IMG/VR virus record: IMGVR_UViG_3300024346_000004
Reading direction: 5' to 3' (one strand)
From: a virus
Lineage: Duplodnaviria; Caudoviricetes
DNA length: 64,000 nucleotides
Part shown: piece after piece, positions 42,120 through 51,000 of the stretch
How positions within the stretch are numbered: the first letter of the stretch is position 1
Layout: every line of letters starts with the position of its first letter
Translations under genes and position numbers: made by a program
Notes under the pieces: model-generated
Databases searched by the model: none
What the model saw: only the letters and a program-made list of their open reading frames with translations
Told to the model about the DNA's origin: nothing

Positions 42120-43073
42120 TCAAATAGTGAATAAATTTCCTTGCATTAATGGAGCCCAAGGTGTTGTCATAGCGGTCCATTTTGTTTTTCTCATCAAAGT
42201 TTTTGCAGAAAGTGGAACTTCTGCTATATTAAACAATGGAGTGTTAAATCTAACCGATAGTGGACCTATATTAAAAATCATGTTTTCATTCACAATCCAT
42301 CCACCATGAATATGAGCATGTTGTTCCATTCCAACTCTCATTATTTCTTGTATATTCCCGCCCCACTTGACTGATTTTACACCTATCAAACCAATTTGAT
42401 CATTTCTAGTAGCAACAGTAGTAGTAATTGGCATTAAAAATGTTGGTGTGTCAATTTCATTTTCAATAGTCAATTCAAATGAGTTTAAAGTACGCATTTC
42501 TGATTGGAATCTATTAGCGTCAGTATCAACCCAACTTATAGCTCTTCCTAATAAAGTGTTTGAAGCTGGTGCAATATAATTCAAAGCACTTCTAACATCT
42601 ATCATTCCAATAAAAGAAATATTTAATTTTATATCTGTATTATCTGATGATCCTGATATTGTTAAACTTTTAATAACACAACTATCCAAAGATAATAATT
42701 CGTTATTGTTAGATCCACCATCTTCGCCTGTTGTAGAAAAGTGAGAAATAATATGATTAGTATCTATTCTCAAAGCAGTAGTAGGTTTTTCAGCATGTCT
42801 AAGTAGCTCAATCATTGCTGGCTCTAAAGCATTATTTCTATCTACTCGAATAGGGCATGTGATATTACCCTCAAATTTCTTAGCTCCTATATTAGCTATT
42901 GCACTCCCAGGACCACTTTGTATATATTGATGAGAAACATCTATATCCTGTGTTTGATTAATATTACATTCTTCTACAAAAAGATAATAATTATTTATAT
43001 TTAAGCTTCTTAGTAATAAACCTGTTGCAACTTCTAATCTATTTAAATTACCAGGATATGGCATATTTACCAC
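42120..43073 (-). CDS. Tail-tube-like protein, paralog of 41002-42018
   Basis: YIQSGPGSAIANIGAKKFEGNITCPIRV aligns with FIQGTPLSRILDIGGVSESITVKAPILV. Confidence 0.55.
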   Translation of the reverse strand: MVNMPYPGNLNRLEVATGLLLRSLNINNYYLFVEECNINQTQDIDVSHQYIQSGPGSAIANIGAKKFEGNITCPIRVDRNNALEPAMIELLRHAEKPTTALRIDTNHIISHFSTTGEDGGSNNNELLSLDSCVIKSLTISGSSDNTDIKLNISFIGMIDVRSALNYIAPASNTLLGRAISWVDTDANRFQSEMRTLNSFELTIENEIDTPTFLMPITTTVATRNDQIGLIGVKSVKWGGNIQEIMRVGMEQHAHIHGGWIVNENMIFNIGPLSVRFNTPLFNIAEVPLSAKTLMRKTKWTAMTTPWAPLMQGNLFTI

Positions 43074-43366
43074 CTAGAATTTTCAGCTTCGAAAATACCC
43101 TTCTGTGAGATAGCTATATCGCCGTAAGATTCCCATGTATATTTATATTTTCCAGTTTTATCAGCAAACCATTCAACATAAAAAATACCAGTAGCGCCAT
43201 TATTATGCTTTAATTCAGCATTTGTACCCCACGTATACTGTGTCAAAATTCCATCCGGGTCTGTCATAAAAAATCTTATGCCAATAGGATCAACTAATTC
43301 ACCAGTACGAAGTCTAATTTGTGCTTCAATTCTTACTGTTGAATTTGTATATATTTTTTGATTCAT
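43067..43366 (-). CDS. Small Ig-like structural protein (BppU-N-like)
   Basis: LVDP...TDPDG...TGIFY.....GKYKYTW pattern; GGAGG RBS. Confidence 0.65.
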   Translation of the reverse strand: MNQKIYTNSTVRIEAQIRLRTGELVDPIGIRFFMTDPDGILTQYTWGTNAELKHNNGATGIFYVEWFADKTGKYKYTWESYGDIAISQKGIFEAENSRW

Positions 43367-43386
43367 TCTTTGCTACCTCCATTCTT

Positions 43387-43415
43387 ATATTTCTAGAGAT
43401 TTAAGCTTATGTCCT
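43387..43415 (-). promoter_or_regulatory. AGG-N18-AGAA promoter-like motif
   Basis: AGG acataagcttaaatctct AGAAATAT, immediately after a terminator. Confidence 0.6.
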
Positions 43416-43445
43416 AAAAAGAAAAAACCCATCCTAAGATGGGTT
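43416..43445 (-). terminator. Rho-independent terminator
   Basis: AACCCATC-ttag-GATGGGTT followed by TTTTCTTTTT on the minus strand. Confidence 0.85.
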
Positions 43446-43466
43446 ATAATAATGAAAGATTATTTA

Positions 43467-43721
43467 TTATGACCAACCAGCTTTTTCTTCAGATTCAATT
43501 GATCCTGTAGACATTGATTGAACTGGTGATTGCATGTTCTTGATTACTTCTAATTCTTCAGGAGTAATACCACCAATTTTTCTTACTACTTCCTGCTCAA
43601 TTAGTCTCTTCTTTACTTCACCCGCAACTTCATCTAGTTCTGCTGTAGCTGTTTCTACCGCTACTTGTTTTTCAAACCAGAGAGCTTGCAAATCTTCAAA
43701 TGATAATGCTGAATAATCCAT
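43467..43721 (-). CDS. Small acidic coiled-coil protein, possible fibre assembly chaperone
   Basis: AAGGA RBS; helical heptad pattern; function inferred from context only. Confidence 0.6.
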   Translation of the reverse strand: MDYSALSFEDLQALWFEKQVAVETATAELDEVAGEVKKRLIEQEVVRKIGGITPEELEVIKNMQSPVQSMSTGSIESEEKAGWS

Positions 43722-43722
43722 G

Positions 43723-44487
43723 TTAATTGTCCTTAAAAATAATATTCTGAAGTTTTTCTAATGCTTCCTCTTCGTCAAATAAATCAAATTCTATCATAAT
43801 TCTGTGAAGTAAATCTTCTTTAATATCTGACACTCTACTGCCTGGAGGATCTTTTGTATGAATGGCCCATAATTCTAAATTTTCAATACGATTATCAGAT
43901 CTAATACCGTTCTTATGATGAACTCTTTCTTCTTTGTGTAATGGTCTTCCTAAAGATTGTTCTATCATATACCTATGTTCTAATCGCCATTTACTATCTA
44001 CTTTTAAATAAATGTAACCTTGTGGGTGTGTTTTTTTATCACCATTTTGATATTTACTATATTTTATCTGATATGATTTAGATGAACATGATCTAGAGCA
44101 ATATTTAGTACCTGGTTTCTTATCTAGCAAAGATTTTTCACAGGCAAGGCATTTTACATCTTTTTCTCTGTTTCTCATCCTTACATATTTATAACCGCAC
44201 TCTGCCCCGCATGTAAGAGTATTCCCATGGTATGTTTTTTCGCATACTGGACAAATTTTAGATTCCTTACCATGTTCTTTATAGAATTCATACCAACATT
44301 CAGAAGAACAAAGCTCTCCAGTTGTATTGGATTTGATAGGAAAATCTTTTCCACATTGTTTACATGCAGAAGTTCCCAATCTATTCAGTTTACATTCTGG
44401 AGAGCAATATTTTTGACGATAATTAATTGTTGTAAATGCTTTGTCACATATAGCACAACTTTTTTCAATAGATTTTTGTGTAAACAT
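43723..44487 (-). mobile_element. Free-standing HNH homing endonuclease with four Zn-finger repeats (254 aa)
   Basis: Four CxxC...(Y/L/T)CxxxC repeats and EHR...VHHKNGIRSDNRIENLEL; start revised to the ATG at 44487. Confidence 0.88.
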
Positions 44488-44499
44488 GTTAGTATTATA
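44488..44499 (-). promoter_or_regulatory. Leaderless-type -10 element of the HNH gene
   Basis: TATAAT-actaac-ATG with no SD. Confidence 0.6.
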
Positions 44500-44551
44500 C
44501 CGCAAAATATGCCTAATGAAAACAATATATGACTTCAAGTAATGGTTCAGC

Positions 44552-44956
44552 TTAAAGCTTGAACACCTTCGAGGCTCCTGTATCCCACTGTACAGTAATG
44601 TCACCGCCGTTTGGTTGAATCGGCAAGTTTGTTGCAGTATCGAAATAAGCAATAAGTTGGGAGGTAGATTCTGTACCTGTATCCCTATAAATAACGAATT
44701 GAGTAATTTGTGATCCAGAAACAGCAGTCATTGTAATATTGGATGCATTTGCTACACCAGCTCCAGGAGTGGATGTTGTTAATGCTGCAGATGTTGATAC
44801 TCTAGCACCAGCTGAAATATCTGATAAATATTGATGAGTAGAAAGGTTTACAGAATAAGCGCTAGAAAGTAAAACAACTTTAAATGTGTTACTTGCCCAG
44901 TTAATCTGTCCTAATAAGAATGCGTTTCTGCCAGTGTCGTAAAGAGCATTAGCCAT
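44552..44956 (-). CDS. Small virion structural protein (134 aa)
   Basis: MANALYD.GR..FL...LIAY.DTAT.LP..PNGGDI.V.WD, a pattern I recognise from phage tail-associated proteins; GGAG RBS. Confidence 0.7.
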   Translation of the reverse strand: MANALYDTGRNAFLLGQINWASNTFKVVLLSSAYSVNLSTHQYLSDISAGARVSTSAALTTSTPGAGVANASNITMTAVSGSQITQFVIYRDTGTESTSQLIAYFDTATNLPIQPNGGDITVQWDTGASKVFKL

Positions 44957-45021
44957 TATAAATCTCCAAAGAAGTGATTATTATATTATTTAGGTAATCA
45001 AATACCTTTATACCTTCTTTT

Positions 45022-48000
45022 TTATATGTTCGGTGGTGTTTTCCCGCTTGTATCTAATTTGATAGTCATTATATATTTATTATCTACTACTGTTCTTATG
45101 TAGTCAATAGTAGTAATTTCTGTATCTATCTTTCTCAATAATGTTACATCTAATCCTATTTCGCCAAGATCTCCTGTTAATGTATCGATAGATCCGAGTG
45201 TTAATACAAATACTCTTAGTAGACCGAATCTTTGTACGAATATAAACTTAGGAGTGCCAACAACAGTTACTTCGCCTAATGTTGGAACGTTTACATAATT
45301 AACATTACGTAGTCTATGAGATCCTAAAGCTTCAGCAGATAAGATAGTTTGTGGTGATGTATTTATATTTAGATAGAAATTAACATTACCAATAGATTCA
45401 GCCGTAGGAATAGAAGTAGGTCTAGTTTTATTTTCGTTATATAATCTATTAGCATTGGATAGAGCTTCAAGACTTTCCACAGTATTAGGATTGATAAATA
45501 TTGGTCCAGGAACTACTGTATGAGAACCTAATAAATGAGGCACTACAAACGTATCTGGATATATTCTTACTACTCCAGGCTGTAATTTCTGATTACCAAA
45601 TATATTTACATTATTCAACGACTGATGTGAAATATTTACTGCACCTGGTTTTAATATATGTGTTCCTAATATATTTTGATTATTTAATGAAGCATGGAAT
45701 ATTGTTGCTATACCAGGTTTGATAATATGTAAACCAAATCTAGTAAGTGATCTAAATGTTTCTGGGAATAATCTTACTTCTCCAGGGCTTAATCTAGGTG
45801 TTCCATGAGCATTAGCATCAATGAATGTGCTAGGACTAATATTTACTCTTCCAGGTTGTATGAACTGAGATGTTAATATTTCAGAAGATAATATTGATAC
45901 AGGTAAGAATTTATTACCTTCAGGCTTAATAAAATGAATACCCAAAGCTTCTAATGTTGAAATATTAGAAGGATATAATCTTACAGGACCAGGGTCTAAT
46001 TTATGTATTCCTAAAGTTTCTGCTGTTTGAATAGTAGTAATATTAGTGATTCTGTTATCGATAATATTAGTAAAGTTATCAAATAAGGAATTGGAATATG
46101 AAGTCAATCCCATATAGCCAGAAGTATATGTATTATCTGTAGTTGTTAATGTTGCTATTAACTCTCCAGTTTGTTGATATAATTTAGCTATTATTACTCC
46201 ATTTGTATTCCATGAAGTAGTGATTCTATACCACTTATCAGCTTGTAATGCTAATCCAGATATATAAGATAATGGCACAGTGTTATTTATGCCATTTCTA
46301 AGCTGGAATGAAGCTGTATCTGGGGTTGAACCATTTCTTACATCTATAACAGCATAGTATCCATTATATATATTATTAGGCTGTATAGCTATTCCAATTC
46401 CAGATAAGCCGGTGGTGGTATAGTCGAAATATGTTTTGACGAATCCTGACCAGAAGAATGTGGGTGATCTCTTATATACCGCTTTATATACTAGAACTTT
46501 ATTACTACTACCACCCTCTATTCTCTTCATACCAAAGCCAAATAAACCAGTGTATTTGACATATGGTTTAAGTAGAGGCCCCATAGTAAACCAATATAAA
46601 CCAAATCCAGTAGCTCCAGCATTAATTCCTGGGGGTAGATTATAATTTGCTATACCATATATTTCAGATGTTGTTTCTGATTTAGTATAATCTACTACAT
46701 CTCCAAAGTCTAATGAGCTAGCCGTTTCAAATTCTTCATAGAACAGGTTAGTGAATTCATGTGTAGTGGTTAATAATTCTGAAGAAATAATACCAGTAGG
46801 GAAAGTAGTGTTAAGATTCTTTAAGGTATGTTTAGGAAGAATATAAGATCTTCCATATCTTTGAACATCTGCTTCATAGTTTTGTTTTACTTGTGCGGGT
46901 AATAAAGCAGCTGAATATAATCTAACCTGTGAAATTCTACCAAAGAATCTGTATGATCCTGGTAAATATGCACCTATATGAAGAGTACTCGTGCTATTAT
47001 CTGGAGAAGGTCCACCATTAACTAAATATTCTGCATCTAATTCTCCGTCTAAGTATATCCTTACATATTGTCCACTATATGTTGCTACACAGTGATGCCA
47101 TGTGTTAGCTTTGACGGTTGTTACACCATTATAAGCTTGCCATCCTGTAGCTCCCAATCTTGTGGAAACTGTAGATGTAAATACTTCAGATACTAGTAAT
47201 CTATACAAACCTTCTTTATTATATGGAATACCTGAGAATGGTACTGTTGGGAATTTTAACCACATTTCTAAGGTAAAGTATTGTGGATTTAATGATGGGT
47301 TACTAGTTATAGCTCCTTCATATGTACCATTGAATACAAAAGTACCACCGCCATCTGTTGGATCATATATGGTAGTATATGATCCAAAGGATAGGTTATT
47401 ATTATTACCTGATATATCGTTCCAAGCATTACCTGAACCACTATATGATGTTGTTTTACCAGCATCTAAATAAAGATTTAGATTAGTTTTGACAATGGAT
47501 TTTTCTGTTACATTAGAGATAAATACAGGGCCAGGCTTTACGACATGAAGACCTAATGATTCTAAAGATGTAATATTACCAACATTATTAATTCTTAGTG
47601 ATTGGAAGTTAGTAAAATTATCGAAAGAGCTGTTAGAATAAGATACTAAACCACAATAACCAGAGCTATATAAATAACTTGTTGAAGATATAGTTGCTAA
47701 TTCTGCGCCATAAGAATCATATAATACTGCAGTTACTAAACCAGCAGTAGTCCAATACATGTTAATTCTGTACCATGTATCTACAGTTATATTAAGTCCA
47801 GTGGCAGAAGCGATAGGAGCATTATATATACCTGCTTTTAATTGGAAAGAAGCTGCTGCCCCAGAACCATTATTTACATCTATAATCGCAAAGTAACCAG
47901 AATATTTATCTGATGGTTGTATTCCTATCCCAATACCTGAGTGACCAGTAGTAATATAATTAGGATTTGTTTTTACCCAACCAGACCAGAAGAAATTAGA

Positions 48001-51000
48001 TCCTGGAACATACGCAGCAGGATACGCAGCTACTTTATAATCATATCCTGGTACTCTTGATAGTCCTAACCCAGATACACCAGCTTGAACAACAGAAGTA
48101 GCCAAAGCAGGAGGCATGAATAATTGAGTAATACCAAAACCTGGGCCATATTCTGACATTGGAAGATAATAATCTGCATCTCCGAATGTAAAGAAATCTC
48201 CATTATTAATCTGATCATAGAATTGATTGAATAATGAGCTGTTGTTATACCTTTCTCTTAGTGCATCATAGTTCTGTTTTATTTCCGTAGAAGATAAAGC
48301 TCTATTGAAAGCATGAATATGAGCTATTTTGCCACTTAAGAATTCACTCGTTCCGTTATTACTACCAATTATGAAATTGTTAATTGGCTCATAATTACTA
48401 CTATCATTAACAGAAGCTACAAGATCTCCATCAACATAGACAGATTTTGTATTAGCACCATTTACAACAGATATTTGGTACCATGTATTAAATTTAAAGC
48501 TAAATGAGAATGGCAGGTTATAAGAGGATACATTTTTGTACCAGAACTGTCCACCACCACTATTCATTAGCATTCCAGAATATTGGCTATCGAATAAATC
48601 TTGGTATCTATTATTTGGTTGGACATGTAACATAAACCAAGCAGAAATGGTATATCTTGTACTTAGGATATCTTTTCCTAATGTTACAAAATCATTTACT
48701 CCATCAAATACAATAGCCCCATAGTTTGACGTTGTGTATGTTGGATTATTTGTTAAAGTACCATTATTTGCGCTAGCTGATAAATCTGTCCATATTGTTG
48801 ATCCGCTATAATTTGCTCCATCTAATCTTAATATTTCTCCAGTAGTGATTAGGGATGTAGTGTATGATGGTGGATATATTTTTACTTCGCCCGGTTGTAT
48901 ATAATTTAGATTACTTAAAGATTCTCCAGATGCAATATTTCCAGCATTAGTAGTAAACTGTGCTGCTAAGTTTGATAAGTTGTCGAATGAACTTAATGAG
49001 AAGCTAGTGATACCTAAATAGCCTGTAGTATAGGAAGTATCAGTAACAGTAATTGTAGACAGTAATGGACCAACACCATCGTACAATTTAGCGGTAATTA
49101 ATCCAGCTGAGGACCATGTTATTGTTATTCTATACCATCTATCGGTTTGTATTGTAATTGCTGTATCTGTGGCTATAGGTACTGTATTATTGATATCTTT
49201 TCTTAATTGGAATGCAGCAGTTTCTCCCGTTCCATTTCTAACATCAATAACAGCAAAATAACCTAATTTTACATCACCTTGAAGACCAAAGCCTATACCT
49301 GTCAAGCCTGTTGTTTCGTAGTATAAGTTAGTTTTTAAGTAACCTGAATAGAAGAATGTAGTACCTCTTGGATAAAGAACATTATAAGCTATTACTTTAT
49401 TACCTGGAGTACTTGGAGCTCTATATATACCATTTCTTTCAAAGCTAGCTGTATTTGTTATTGGCGCACCTGGATAATCTAAGAAAGAGTTTAATCCAAT
49501 GTTGAAAGAATATTTTGCACCTGGGTCACTGTTAAAGCCTATAGGATAAATCCAAGAGTTGAACATACCAAATTGTTGAATTCCATAATCTGATGCGAAT
49601 TCATAGAAATTTGTATCTCCAATTGTTAAGTTTAATCCATAATCGAATTTGTCATAGAACATATTATTAAATGTATGTGATGGCAAATTCTCTGCGGATA
49701 TAATAGATACTGGTAATGGGGTATTTAAATTTCTTAGGCCTGTTGTTCCTAATAAGAATCCCACCCCTTGTTTACCGAATTTAGTTGCATATGCTGTGTA
49801 ATTTTCTTGTATTTCAGAGAAGGATAAGGCTCTGTTGTATACTTGGATGTTTGATAATGAAAAATTACCAAATGCTCTATTACCTATAAATAAATTTGTA
49901 TTATCAAAATTATTTGTGTTATTGTTAATAAATGTTATAAGTGGTGTTCTTAAAATTCCATCAATATATAGAGATACTTCTAATCCAGATTGGCTTTTAT
50001 CTAGTATACATACCCAATGATGCCAATCTAAATCATTCACTAATGTTTTAGAAAATGTAGCAAAATTATAACCTGCATTGCCTTTTATAGCTAATGTAAT
50101 AGGATATACACCACCAAAACTTACGGCAGAATCGTCTCCGTAAGATATGTTAAACCCGCCTGAAGTGTTATTGTAGTTACTGCTAAATTCTATAATACAA
50201 TTACTATTACCAACAACTTGTCTATAATTTTCTATTTTAGCCCAAAAAGATACAGTTACAATATTAGTCGATGATAAATTTATAGTATCCGTAGATATAT
50301 AATCATTCGTACCATCGAAAGTTAAAATACCTTCGTAATTAGAAGTAAAAGCTACACCATTTACAAGAGTCCCGTTTCTTGTGTTTCCTGATATGTCTAA
50401 GATAGATGTACCAGAACCAGAGTATGAATTATTATTACCAGCATCAAGATATAATTGTTGACCAGATTTTATTTGTGTGTTATATCTATCATAAAGAGCT
50501 AGATAATTTTGTCTTATATCTCTAGCTGATAATATTGTAGTGTAAATTTTAATATTACCTAGATTGATAGAAGAAAAAGAATTGTAATATGCTGGGTTAG
50601 AAGGTGTATAGTAATGACCAATTCTTATATTATTTATGTCTGTATTATAGTTGATTGCTCTTTTAGTTGAATTATTCCACCATGTAGTATTCTTTTGTAT
50701 ACCATCTATGTAAAATATAACTGTAGGATTATTTGTATTTATATTTAATGCTGTCACTACTATATGATGAAAATTATTATCAGTTATAGAATTAGTATCT
50801 GATGAATAAATATTCCATGCAAAAGCTTCAACACCAAATTGCAGCATTATGCTTTTTCCATTAATTCCATATGCTGCATCTCTATACCAACCAAATGTAA
50901 AGCCTTTAGTCGCAGAAGTAATATCTAGTGTATTAATGAAAGACTGAAATAAATTATTTACTAAATCATTAATCCTAACCCATGCAGAAATAGTAAAACT

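Noticed and set aside
44488-44652. N-terminal extension of the HNH ORF in the ORF track
   Set aside because: It overlaps the 44552-44956 gene by ~100 nt, and the ATG at 44487 has a well-placed -10 box.
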